This document shows positions 38,205-47,430 of a stretch of 64,000 nucleotides of DNA, piece after piece. The first letter of the stretch is position 1; each line of letters starts with the position of its first letter. This DNA is from Smithella sp. (GTDB taxonomy: Bacteria; Desulfobacterota; Syntrophia; Syntrophales; Smithellaceae), in contig DAOSZO010000004.1 of the NCBI GenBank assembly GCA_035382085.1, positions 9,268 through 73,267 of the forward strand. The letters run 5' to 3'. The notes beneath the pieces are model-generated. The model had not been told where the DNA came from, searched no databases, and saw only the letters and a program-made list of their open reading frames with translations. The position numbers were made by a program, and so were the translations under genes.

Positions 38205-38246
38205 TTTTTCTTAAAATTTTCCTTTGAATCCAATAATATAAATTCG

Positions 38247-38310
38247 GGGCAGGATGATTATTGTCTTGTCGCCCCCATTACAAAACAAAATTTTTGCAAT
38301 CATCCTGCCC
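38247..38310. repeat. 13-bp perfect inverted repeat with a 38-nt spacer, upstream of the KS-ACP-ole operon
   Basis: GGGCAGGATGATT (38247-38259) and AATCATCCTGCCC (38298-38310), 43-106 nt upstream of the KS start codon. Confidence 0.5.
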
Positions 38311-38426
38311 GTTAATATCAGAGCAATAATCTGAAAGTATAGTTTTGCTAACAGTTTTACCCGAACATGTCAACAAGAAATTGAGGAAATACTCACTTTA
38401 TTTTGAGACAATCCTCAAATTTTTGA

Positions 38427-38918
38427 TTATCCTGTCTTTTTTATGATTTCGATCATTATTTTGGCGCAGGCGAGGGTATCGGACAGAGCATCATGATGGC
38501 GCAAGTCAATTTTAAAATTCCGGCACACGGCGGGCAGGTTTGTGGGATAGAGGCCGAAAATCTGCCGGCAAAGTCTCATGGTGCATTTGAAATCAACTTC
38601 CGGCGGAACAATGCCGTATCTGGCGCAACAAGCCCTCAAGACATTGTGGTCAAAGCTAGCATTATGCGCAACCGCGAAATCGATATTTTTGAAGAAGGGC
38701 TTGATATTTTCCCACTGTTGTCTGAAATCAGGCTGATCGGCGACATCTTCCCAGGAAAACCCATGAAGATAACTGAAAACAAAATCCCTATAAGGCGGGC
38801 GGATAAGAAACGAGGCCTGCTCGACGATGGCGTTATGCTCCACCCGAACCAGCCCCAGCGCGCAGGCGCTGTCCCGATAATAATTTGCGGTTTCAAAATC
38901 AAGTGCCAGAAAATTCAT
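38427..38918 (-). CDS. DEDD-family 3'-5' exonuclease (DnaQ/epsilon-like domain)
   Basis: ALDFETAN (ExoI), AHNASFDHNVL (ExoII), HHDALSDTLACA (ExoIII, DEDDh). Confidence 0.8.
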   Translation of the reverse strand: MNFLALDFETANYYRDSACALGLVRVEHNAIVEQASFLIRPPYRDFVFSYLHGFSWEDVADQPDFRQQWENIKPFFKNIDFAVAHNASFDHNVLRACCARYGIVPPEVDFKCTMRLCRQIFGLYPTNLPAVCRNFKIDLRHHDALSDTLACAKIMIEIIKKTG

Positions 38919-38965
38919 GACAAAATTTTGTTATTGTTACAATTTATCCCGAAATTAATCAATGA

Positions 38966-39931
38966 TCACGTTTCCAAGGCAACTTTGTTCCGCCCAGACA
39001 TTTTTGCCCGGTAGAGAGCAGCGTCCGCTTTTTTGAGGAAACTGGAATCTGTCTCTTCCGGTAAGAAAAGGGCCACGCCGAAACTCGCCGTTACGGCTTG
39101 ATTGATTTCCGGCCACTGGAGATTTTCCACGGCTTTGCGCATTCTTTCGGCGCATTCCATGGCTGCCTCCATCGTGGTATTGGGAAGAATCAGCAAAAAT
39201 TCTTCACCGCCATACCGCGCCAGGATGTCTTCCTGTCTGGACATTTGCCTCAAAACGCGCGCAATAGAAACAAGCACTTTGTCACCAATATCGTGCCCAT
39301 AAGTATCATTGACGGACTTAAAATGATCGATGTCCGCCATAATCGCGGACAACGGCAAACCGTGACGTCTTGAGGCGGACATTTCCCTTTCAAGAAGTTC
39401 CTGAAATTGTCTTCGGTTGGTCAGACCGGTTAACGGATCGGTATTCATTAATTTCGTAATCGTTTCGTTCGCGAGTTCCAATTCTCTGTTTTTCTTGTTC
39501 AGTTCCCTGGTCATATCCGTCAGCTCATCGTTGAGTTTTGATATCGCGGCAACAAGCTCATGATCCGTCAGATGCAACGAGCAACCAAGCACGACATAAT
39601 AATCGTCCACCCTGACGATGTGGCCGGAAAGAGTCTGTTCCCGGCATTGATTCAAAGAAAACGAAAGCCTGATGCTTTGAAAATCAGGAGCTGAATTTTC
39701 ATGATTTATCAAAAGACCTTCATCGAGGAAACCATTGAGTAATTGACCGGTGGGTTTCTCTTCCAGTAAAAGATTATCCATGAAAAACCGGTTACAGTCC
39801 AGAATTTTACCCTCTTTATCGATCAGGATTACGGCTATCCTGCCGATGGACAGAAGATAGTGATAAAAAACTTCCGGATGACTGAAAAACACCTGATGAA
39901 GATTATCGACCGGATCGTTTTGCTTTACCAT
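38966..39931 (-). CDS. Diguanylate cyclase (PAS-like N-terminus, coiled coil, GGDEF domain with I-site)
   Basis: Start at ATG 39931, overlapping the upstream stop by 7 nt. DPLTGLTNRR, RQED I-site 5 aa before GGEEF. Confidence 0.85.
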   Translation of the reverse strand: MVKQNDPVDNLHQVFFSHPEVFYHYLLSIGRIAVILIDKEGKILDCNRFFMDNLLLEEKPTGQLLNGFLDEGLLINHENSAPDFQSIRLSFSLNQCREQTLSGHIVRVDDYYVVLGCSLHLTDHELVAAISKLNDELTDMTRELNKKNRELELANETITKLMNTDPLTGLTNRRQFQELLEREMSASRRHGLPLSAIMADIDHFKSVNDTYGHDIGDKVLVSIARVLRQMSRQEDILARYGGEEFLLILPNTTMEAAMECAERMRKAVENLQWPEINQAVTASFGVALFLPEETDSSFLKKADAALYRAKMSGRNKVALET

Positions 39932-41022
39932 TGATTCACCTGTTTGAGAGCGGCGTGCGGATCCTCCGCCCAAGCGTCAGCGTCGATGCGCCGCCACAAG
40001 TCGGCATCCCAATGAAAGGCCGGTCCGCCGACAATGATTTTTGTTTGGGACAAATCCGCTGATTCTTTCACTGTCGCAATAATCGCCGCCACCTTATCGA
40101 CATTAAACGGCATGGTAAGCGATATCGCGAGGAAACGCGGTTTGGTTTTCCGTAGAATCTTCATCAGTTCCACCGCCGGCGTGTTGGCGCCAAGAAAAAG
40201 AACATCCCATCCGTCAGCCTCCAGGATATCCGACAGCATTCTCCCGCCCAACTCATGAAATTCATTCGGCGCGGAAGTAACGACCGCTTTGCCCCTCGAT
40301 GGTTGTTTCGGCATGGGCCATTGATTATAGACGCCTGCAAGAATTCTTCCCACGACGGATGTCGCCAGATGTTCTTCGGCAACACTGATTTCGTCTTGCT
40401 CCCAGAGACGGCCGATTTCAGCCATTACAGGTTGTATCAGCCCCAGATAAAGCAATTCCTGTCCGTTTTCCTGCTGAAGTATTTCGTTCGCCATCGAAAG
40501 ACATTTCCTGAAATCGGCGGCCAGCAAATGTGAGAGAAAAACTTTCCGATCTTTTGCCAAGCGGGGATAGCGGTCCGTGGCATCAGACGGCGCTTCAGAA
40601 AGCGAAATCATCTTTCCATGATTCCTCAACATCCAGTCATAAACGGTAATGATTTCATCGGCAGAGGAAGCATCGAGAAATTTGCCGACGGCTTGCTTCC
40701 ATGTTTCGAGCTCCAGGGGAAAATAATCAAAAGAAAAACCGTGCGCGCGATAGGTGCGATAAACCCAGGGGACCATCCTCACCAGCATCTCATAGCTGTT
40801 AAATTGAAATACATTCGCCATAAAACCCCAATGATTGCTGTGATTATCGCGCACCATAGAAAAAGTATTTCCACCAATCAGATGAACGATCTGCGGATGC
40901 GACAGAACGGTAGTGTTGACATATTCCATGAGGGATTCTTTTTTGAGAATATACTGGGAAGCCGAACGTGGCGAAACAAACAAAGACTTCTGAACGTCCT
41001 TGATTAATTCATCCAACATCAT
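39925..41022 (-). CDS. Cobalamin-binding sensor-like protein (unknown N-domain, CarH-type four-helix cap, Rossmann B12-binding domain)
   Basis: W-x9-EH motif (RLWEQDEISVAEEHLA) followed by the ExHxxG lower-ligand motif (APNEFHELGG) and FLGANTP...RFLAISLT. No MerR/HTH domain. Confidence 0.75.
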   Translation of the reverse strand: MMLDELIKDVQKSLFVSPRSASQYILKKESLMEYVNTTVLSHPQIVHLIGGNTFSMVRDNHSNHWGFMANVFQFNSYEMLVRMVPWVYRTYRAHGFSFDYFPLELETWKQAVGKFLDASSADEIITVYDWMLRNHGKMISLSEAPSDATDRYPRLAKDRKVFLSHLLAADFRKCLSMANEILQQENGQELLYLGLIQPVMAEIGRLWEQDEISVAEEHLATSVVGRILAGVYNQWPMPKQPSRGKAVVTSAPNEFHELGGRMLSDILEADGWDVLFLGANTPAVELMKILRKTKPRFLAISLTMPFNVDKVAAIIATVKESADLSQTKIIVGGPAFHWDADLWRRIDADAWAEDPHAALKQVNQW

Positions 41023-41140
41023 AAAGCCCTCCTTGATGAATAATGGATTCAGTAACGAAAATGACCTGCTTAACGGGTGCTGGTTTCAGGAATCTTGATC
41101 ACGCAAAAAAGTATAAAATCGACGATGATTCATGTCAACC

Positions 41141-41178
41141 AAATAAAAGCCCCCTTGAGGCCTTCACCTCAAGGGGGC
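41141..41178 (-). terminator. Rho-independent terminator of the 41252..41527 gene
   Basis: 12-bp stem GCCCCCTTGAGG / CCTCAAGGGGGC with a 6-nt loop, followed on the minus strand by TTTTATTT. Confidence 0.7.
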
Positions 41179-41251
41179 AACCGCCACATAACAGATCATG
41201 ATTTTACGGACAGCGGTTATTTGTATTTTTTTCGAACCTTAAATCCTTATT

Positions 41252-41527
41252 TTACGCCACGATGTTTCTGACCGCTTCAATGACCGGATTGGTGAACAGG
41301 GCCATGAGCATGGTGTAAAGGGCAAAAGCGCCAACCATTTCCGTTACATACATTTTTTCATATTTTCTTTTCAGAGCCATCAGAATCAATCCGCCGAGAA
41401 TCAGCCCGCCCAACTGAAAATACGGAAAATTCGCCGCACCCGCAGCCGCGTATTCAGCGAATCCGAAAGTCGCCGTGAAGAGAACCACCGCCGCCGCCAC
41501 TGTCATTGTTCCTATTGTTTTTTTCAT
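41252..41527 (-). CDS. Small hypothetical membrane protein
   Basis: 91 aa, with an N-terminal signal-like segment plus two hydrophobic spans. GGAGG-type RBS upstream (aaaggaggtaacagatc ATG). Confidence 0.5.
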   Translation of the reverse strand: MKKTIGTMTVAAAVVLFTATFGFAEYAAAGAANFPYFQLGGLILGGLILMALKRKYEKMYVTEMVGAFALYTMLMALFTNPVIEAVRNIVA

Positions 41528-41797
41528 GATCTGTTACCTCCTTTCGGGGTATTGTTTTATTTGACTTTATGTAAATGAAATTATCGTGCCAGATTCACGG
41601 CAAAGATTAACTATTCTTCAACTGCCCGGAATGAAATGAGTTTTCCAAGACAAGGCGTGGCCAAAAAAAGATTTTTTCTTTTCTGACCGCAAAATTTTTT
41701 AAAGAAACGTTCAACAAACTAAATAAAAAATCAAAAGCTCTTTCCCTGCGGGCGGGCATGGGTTTGTCCGAAATTTCCGACCCAGGACTTTTCGAAC

Positions 41798-42277
41798 TTA
41801 TTTGGTTTTATTGAATTTCGCGAAAACCCAAAAGGGCATACCGATGGGGTTGAGGCTTTTGTACTGCTGTTTCCATGAAATGTAGTCTTCTATTTTTCGA
41901 ATGGTTTCCTCGGATGTGTCAACAAATTCCACCCCGGCCTCATAAGATACATCTTCCACGATCGTTTTAATCCACTTTACCCTGCCCAACGCAATGATCT
42001 TTTGATGAAGATTTTCCAGTTTCAATTCCATTTTCACCGTCGTGTCCACAGGCAAAAACATATCCCCGGAAAGCTTCACGCCAGAGCCGGAAAGATCCTT
42101 GCTCAAATGGTAGAATTTTTTCATTTTGGACAATTTTTCATTGTCGGAAACAATGGTAATCGTTACATCATGCTGCTCTTTGAGCCTTTCGTTTTTTCTT
42201 TTCTCTTCAGGAATGTTTCGTTCTGCATTTTTCTGTCCCTTATCTTTAATTGTTTTCTTCTTCGCATCTTCTTTCAT
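41798..42277 (-). CDS. PilZ-domain protein (c-di-GMP receptor candidate) with a lysine-rich N-terminus
   Basis: Start set at ATG 42277. DLSGSGVKL (D-x-S-x-x-G) block and a beta-barrel-like C-terminal pattern. The upstream RxxxR element is not clean (ERLKEQH). Confidence 0.55.
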   Translation of the reverse strand: MKEDAKKKTIKDKGQKNAERNIPEEKRKNERLKEQHDVTITIVSDNEKLSKMKKFYHLSKDLSGSGVKLSGDMFLPVDTTVKMELKLENLHQKIIALGRVKWIKTIVEDVSYEAGVEFVDTSEETIRKIEDYISWKQQYKSLNPIGMPFWVFAKFNKTK

Positions 42278-42465
42278 TTTCCTCGTCCCCCCCCCGTTAC
42301 AGAACGATTCTTCCTTTGGGATGAAAGTACTATAAATCTCAAAGAATCTCAATGGGATTAGTAAAAAATTTAGCCGGAACCCGACGAAGTCTTCTTGTTG
42401 GGAGATGACATCCGTCGTCAGAAATGTTGCTTTGGATAACCAACCGATTCTTCAGAAGCTTTTCG

Positions 42466-43476
42466 TCAGGAAAAACGATATCCTCGGACTTCAAACAATT
42501 GCAGACATGCGTCGACAACCACGGCGTCATAGAGGATTCCCTTGTTGTTCCTGATTTCTTCAAGAGCGGCTCCAATGCCGGGTGCCGGGCGGTAAGAACG
42601 GTTGGACGTCATGGATTCGACAACATCGGAAACAGCCAGAATGCGCGCTTCCAAAAGAATTTCTTCCCCCCGCAGGTTTTCGGGATATCCGGACCCGTTG
42701 ACGCGCTCATGATGCTGATGAATAATTTCGGCCAGCGGCCACGGAGAATCAACGGCCTTGAGAATTTTAAAGCCGTTCGAGGCATGTTCCTTAATCAGCG
42801 AAAATTCGATATCCGTAAGTTTCGACGGCTTGGCCAACACTTCCAGGGGGGCTGTCATTTTCCCAATATCATGAAGAGACGCCGCCAGCTTCAAAGTCTC
42901 CATCTTTTCCTGCGCCAATCCCATCTCGGAGGCAATGGCAAAGGCCAGGTCGGCGGCGCGAAGTTGATGCCCGACGGTAAAAGGATCTCTTGCCTCCACG
43001 GCAGCCACCATAATCTGCAAAATGGAATGAAAAGTGCCTTGAACGTTTTCGATGGTTTGTTGCAGCTCATGTTCCAGCCAGACACATTTTTTCCTGATTT
43101 CCATTACTTCCCGTTCCCTGAGCATGGCCGGATAAAGACGCTCCAGATGACTTTTCTCAATGAAGTCCCTGGCGCCCCAGCGCATGCATTGCGCGATCAC
43201 GTCTTCACCGGACGTGCCGGTTACAACGATCAGCGGCACATCCACCTTCTCCTGTTGCAAAACAGAAATGGCCGCCTGGACGCTGAAACGCGGCATGTTA
43301 TAATCACAAAGGATGATATCCCAGGATTTTTCCTGAATGGCTTTTTTCATGGAAAGGGCGTCGTCCACTCTCTCATAGCTCAGGTCGCACTCTTCGCTTT
43401 TGAGCTTGCGGACAATGATCAACACGTCATCCTCCGAATCGTCAATCATGAGTACACGCAGAACCTGATTCATCAT
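42466..43476 (-). CDS. Response-regulator receiver plus HD-GYP c-di-GMP phosphodiesterase
   Basis: Start at ATG 43476 with AAAGGTG upstream (track start is 43542). VLMIDDSEDD...ILCDYNMP (REC), HDIGK and HHERVNGSGYP (HD-GYP). Confidence 0.85.
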   Translation of the reverse strand: MMNQVLRVLMIDDSEDDVLIIVRKLKSEECDLSYERVDDALSMKKAIQEKSWDIILCDYNMPRFSVQAAISVLQQEKVDVPLIVVTGTSGEDVIAQCMRWGARDFIEKSHLERLYPAMLREREVMEIRKKCVWLEHELQQTIENVQGTFHSILQIMVAAVEARDPFTVGHQLRAADLAFAIASEMGLAQEKMETLKLAASLHDIGKMTAPLEVLAKPSKLTDIEFSLIKEHASNGFKILKAVDSPWPLAEIIHQHHERVNGSGYPENLRGEEILLEARILAVSDVVESMTSNRSYRPAPGIGAALEEIRNNKGILYDAVVVDACLQLFEVRGYRFS

Positions 43477-43647
43477 GACGGCACCTTTATTGGCATGGGT
43501 TTTGGGTTCGCGAATGATGAAACTGTTTTCATATTTTGTCAAGAAAATATTTACCCGACGGTGCCGGTTTCAATGTTTGCCGGTCCGACAGAAGGCTCAC
43601 CCGTCACACGGTTACCGCGGGCAAACAAAAAAGGCGGGGAACCAGCT

Positions 43648-44466
43648 TCAGATCCGTTTTTCCAGCCACCGGCGAATGTCTTCCATCACGGTATCTTTTT
43701 CCGGCTCATTGAGGATTTCGTGGTAAAGACCGTCGTAAATTTTCAATTCCTTGTCCGCCGACGCAATGTTTTCGTAAAAAGTTCTGGACGTCTCCGGCGT
43801 GACAATTTGATCCGCCCCGCCGTGAAGAATCAGGCAAGGACAGGTGTAGGCGGCATAATGGTTCATCAGCCAGCGCGCGCCGCGGATCAGCACCTCGCTC
43901 ATCAGCTGTGTGGAAAATTCTTTGAGATTGAGCGGGTCATCCCTATAGGCCGAAACAACCTGGGGATCCCGGGACACCATCTCCACCAGGGCATTCGCAA
44001 TGGGTTCCCGGGCCTTGGCGCTGAAATCAACGCCTTCCAATCCCGCCAGCATGGGCTGGATGCCGGAGGCGGCCCCCGACAAAACCTGGCCGGACAAACG
44101 GCCGGGATATTTCACGGCGTGGGCAGCCGCGATGAAGCCGCCCATGCTGTGCCCCAGCATAAAAACCGGCAAGCCGGGGTTTTCCTTTTTCACCCAAGCA
44201 ACGACTTTTTCGGCATCGTCAATAAACTCGTTGAAATCGTTGACGTGACCTCTTTCCCCGACGGAGCGTCCGTGTCCGCGATTGTCGAAGCGGTACACCG
44301 CATAGCCGAACGCGTTGAATCCTGCCGCAACAGCAAGATAACGCCCGGAATGCTCGCAAAGGCCGTGAACAATGACAACAACGCATCGGGGATGATCAAC
44401 GACATGCTTCGCTACAAAAAGCTCAACGCCGCCCCCCACCTCCAGCTTGCTTTCCTGAATCGCCAT
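43648..44466 (-). CDS. Alpha/beta hydrolase, lysophospholipase/monoacylglycerol-lipase family
   Basis: Start at ATG 44466 with AGGAGG upstream. HGLCEHSGRY, and GHSMGG nucleophile elbow. Confidence 0.8.
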   Translation of the reverse strand: MAIQESKLEVGGGVELFVAKHVVDHPRCVVVIVHGLCEHSGRYLAVAAGFNAFGYAVYRFDNRGHGRSVGERGHVNDFNEFIDDAEKVVAWVKKENPGLPVFMLGHSMGGFIAAAHAVKYPGRLSGQVLSGAASGIQPMLAGLEGVDFSAKAREPIANALVEMVSRDPQVVSAYRDDPLNLKEFSTQLMSEVLIRGARWLMNHYAAYTCPCLILHGGADQIVTPETSRTFYENIASADKELKIYDGLYHEILNEPEKDTVMEDIRRWLEKRI

Positions 44467-44608
44467 GACCCCCTCCTGTTTGGTTGATGATTGCAAACAA
44501 GCACTCATGCGGAAATTGATTCGATATAGGGAAATTATAGAAAGCCCACCGCGTCCTGTCAATAAAAATGGCCCGGCGGGCGAAGTATTTTTCGGATGGA
44601 ATATTTGT

Positions 44609-44637
44609 TTGACTTTTCCCCGACGCCCATTTAAATT
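44609..44637 (+). promoter_or_regulatory. Candidate sigma70-type promoter for the KS/CLF operon
   Basis: TTGACT (44609-44614), 17-nt spacer, TAAATT (44632-44637). Confidence 0.3.
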
Positions 44638-44692
44638 TCTGCAACCTGATGGAAAACCTTCATCGGCGCATTACACGAATTAAGGGAGGGAA

Positions 44693-45934
44693 GTGAAAAA
44701 ACGGATTGTTATCACCGGACTGGGAACGATCAACGCAATGGCCGACAATGTTCCGGACTTTGCTCGGGCATTGCGGGAAGGGCGGTGCGGCATCAGCAGG
44801 ATTGATCTTTTCGACACCACCGGATTCCGTTCGCACACCGGCGGACAGATAAAGCATGTCAGCGCCCGTGGTTACATCCCGCGCGAATTCTCCGTCAAAA
44901 GAATGTCGCGGGCGGACATGCTTTCGTTCGCCGCGGCTCTGGAGGCTTTGCGCGACGCCGGACTTTACCCGCCGCCCGAGGAAGCAAAAGATGAAATCGG
45001 CGTGGTGATCGGCGGAGGTGCCGGCGGCCTTTTGGAAGCGGAGGATTTTTACGGCAGACTGCTGACAACGGGCAGGGGAGTCAAATTTTCAACGCTTTCC
45101 TCTCTCTTTTGCGCTTCTTCCGCCGATCGCATTGCCTCGGCTTTTCATTTCGGGGGTCCCAAAGCGACGTTCATGACCGCCTGCTCCGGCGGCGGTACGG
45201 CGCTGGGCTACGCCCGGGATCTGATTTTGAACGGTCACACATCCCTGGTTCTTGCCGGTGGCGTGGAACCCATGTGCCGGACCACCTTCGCCGCCTTCAA
45301 CGCCCTGAAGTCCGTCGCGGCCGATTTCTGTCGTCCGTTCGACAAAAACCGGGACGGTCTTTCGCTCGGCGAAGCGGCCGCCGTAATGGTGTTGGAGGAA
45401 CTTCAACATGCCCTTGCCCGCGGCGCGAAAATCCACGGAGAGATTCTCGGCTACGGCATCACCTGTGATTCGTATCACATGACCGCCCCCGATGAACAGG
45501 CGTCCGGTGCTGTCCGTTCCATGCAGGCGGCACTGAAGGACAGCGGTCTTTCTCCCGACGACATTGATTACATCAACGCGCACGGCACGGCCACGCCGGT
45601 CAACGACCCGATGGAAACGAAAGCCATCAAGGCAGTGTTCGGGCGGCGCGCCTACACCATTCCGGTGAGTTCCACCAAGTCCATGCACGCGCACACGCTC
45701 GGCGCCGCGGGAGCGCTGGAAGGCATCGTTTCGGTGCTGGCCCTGCGCGACGGCTTGGTCCCGCCGACCATCAACTATCAGGAACCCGACCCCGCCTGCG
45801 ATCTGGATTACGTCACCACCGGCGCGAGACGGGCGACTTTGCGTGCCGTTCTTTCCAATTCGTTCGCCTTCGGCGGCAACAACACGACGGTCATCTTCGG
45901 CAAATATTCCGAAAGGGGTGCGGCCAATGCATGA
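44693..45934 (+). CDS. Beta-ketoacyl synthase (KS-alpha-like, catalytic triad intact)
   Basis: GTG start after GGGAGGG. MTACSGGGTA (Cys), AHGTATPVND (His), HAHTLGAAG (His). Confidence 0.85.
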   Translation: MKKRIVITGLGTINAMADNVPDFARALREGRCGISRIDLFDTTGFRSHTGGQIKHVSARGYIPREFSVKRMSRADMLSFAAALEALRDAGLYPPPEEAKDEIGVVIGGGAGGLLEAEDFYGRLLTTGRGVKFSTLSSLFCASSADRIASAFHFGGPKATFMTACSGGGTALGYARDLILNGHTSLVLAGGVEPMCRTTFAAFNALKSVAADFCRPFDKNRDGLSLGEAAAVMVLEELQHALARGAKIHGEILGYGITCDSYHMTAPDEQASGAVRSMQAALKDSGLSPDDIDYINAHGTATPVNDPMETKAIKAVFGRRAYTIPVSSTKSMHAHTLGAAGALEGIVSVLALRDGLVPPTINYQEPDPACDLDYVTTGARRATLRAVLSNSFAFGGNNTTVIFGKYSERGAANA

Positions 45935-47171
45935 AAATCGCCACAGAGACCCCGCCAGACGCGTCGTGGTGACCGGCATCGGCATGGTCACGCCGCTGGG
46001 AGTGGGCAAGGAGGAATTCGCGGCGAATCTTTTTTCCGGCAAAACCGGCATCGCACCCGTCCGGTCTTTTGACACGACGTCCTTTTCCTCTCATCTGGGC
46101 GCGGAAGTGACCGATTTCCATCCCCGCGACTTTGTCTCCGTCAAGAATCTGCGCCGCATGGACAAAACATCTCTTTTCACGGCCGCCGCCGCACGGCTCG
46201 CGCTGCAGGACGCAGGGCTGGAAATCACGCCGGACAACCGCGACCGCGTCGGCATTGTCCTGGGAACGGCATTCGGCGCGACCGATGTGACCGCCCAGTT
46301 TTCGGGGACCTTGTTGACTCAGGGCCCCGCTTCGGTCAATCCCATCCTGGTGCCCAACATCGTCATGAACGCTCCGGCCGGACACGCCTCCATTGAACTG
46401 GGATTCCGCGGCGTCAACACCACCGTGACGCATTTTGCCGTTTCCGCGGAAACGGCCATCGCCTACGCGGCGGCGGAAATACGGCGCGGCACGGCCGATT
46501 ATCTGCTGGCAGGCGGCGCGGATATCCTGTCGAAATTCTACTATGAGTCGCTGACCAAATTCCGGGCGCTGTCGCCTCAAAACGGTGAAGAAGAGTCGTG
46601 CCGGCCCTTCGATGAGAGGCGCAACGGCACCATCGCCGGAGAAGGCAGCGGTCTTGTGCTGCTGGAGAGCCTCCAATCGGCCCTGGCCAGAGGACGCGCT
46701 CCCTATTGCGAAGTCAAAGGTGCGGGCATGGGTTCGTCGCCCACCCCGCCGACCGCCTGGCCGGCCGAGCCGTCAGGCATCAAAAAAACGCTGCAGCGAG
46801 CGCTGGACAACGCCTCCTTGTCCGCCGGCGACATTCAGGCAATCTTTGCCGTTGCCAACGGCGACAAAATTTTGGATGCAACCGAAGCCCGGGCCTATGA
46901 AGATTTATTTGCCGGCACAAGCCCGGCGCCCTGGATCACGGCCGTCAAAGGCGCCACAGGGGAAAGTTTTTCATCCGGAGGCATCAGAGCCTGCGCGCTG
47001 GCGCTGGCCATGGAAAAAAACAGCCTGCCGCCGTCAGCGGGACTGGCCACTCCCCTTTCGGGACTTTCTTTTGTCCAGGAGCGCAAAGAGATAGACGTCG
47101 CGATGACCCATGCCGCGCTGGCCGGAATTTCCTTCGGCGGAACCTACTGCTACCTGATTTTCGGCAGATAG
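45927..47171 (+). CDS. KS-like chain-length-factor-type partner (active-site Cys and His residues replaced)
   Basis: 8-nt overlap (ATGCATGA) with the KS. The aligned Cys position reads HFAVSAETA (Cys to Ala), and the HGTGT position reads VANGDK. Confidence 0.75.
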   Translation: MHENRHRDPARRVVVTGIGMVTPLGVGKEEFAANLFSGKTGIAPVRSFDTTSFSSHLGAEVTDFHPRDFVSVKNLRRMDKTSLFTAAAARLALQDAGLEITPDNRDRVGIVLGTAFGATDVTAQFSGTLLTQGPASVNPILVPNIVMNAPAGHASIELGFRGVNTTVTHFAVSAETAIAYAAAEIRRGTADYLLAGGADILSKFYYESLTKFRALSPQNGEEESCRPFDERRNGTIAGEGSGLVLLESLQSALARGRAPYCEVKGAGMGSSPTPPTAWPAEPSGIKKTLQRALDNASLSAGDIQAIFAVANGDKILDATEARAYEDLFAGTSPAPWITAVKGATGESFSSGGIRACALALAMEKNSLPPSAGLATPLSGLSFVQERKEIDVAMTHAALAGISFGGTYCYLIFGR

Positions 47172-47430
47172 GTTATTTGCCGTTTGAGCGCGCGGAGGTG
47201 AAAGGCTTCTCCGAAGCGTCCCGGCCGCCTTCCAAAAATTCTTTGTGATTTAAAAAGCCATCCGAGCTTGCGCGGAAATTCAGTTTCCAGCGGATTTCGG
47301 ATGCGAAACGTCCCTGTTCTCCGCTCGTTTCAAATGAAAAGCCAGCAAAAATTTTTTATTGGCGACAGGCGGAAAATGGTGTAAACAACGCCTGTTCTGT
47401 AAACCAGCAAATCGTTGAAAGACTATATCT

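Noticed and set aside
42424-44487. 687-aa plus-strand ORF
   Set aside because: It is antisense across the REC-HD-GYP gene, an intergenic region and the alpha/beta hydrolase gene. It has no motifs, and both sense genes have strong signatures and RBSs.
45089-46676. 328-aa and 261-aa minus-strand ORFs
   Set aside because: They are antisense shadows of the KS/CLF pair.
47172-47430. Possible cobalamin riboswitch in the 259-nt gap upstream of the B12-radical SAM gene
   Set aside because: I could not find a B12-box-like consensus or the expected multi-stem architecture by eye, only a 7-bp hairpin (ACAGGCG...CGCCTGT). An Rfam scan is needed before any claim.
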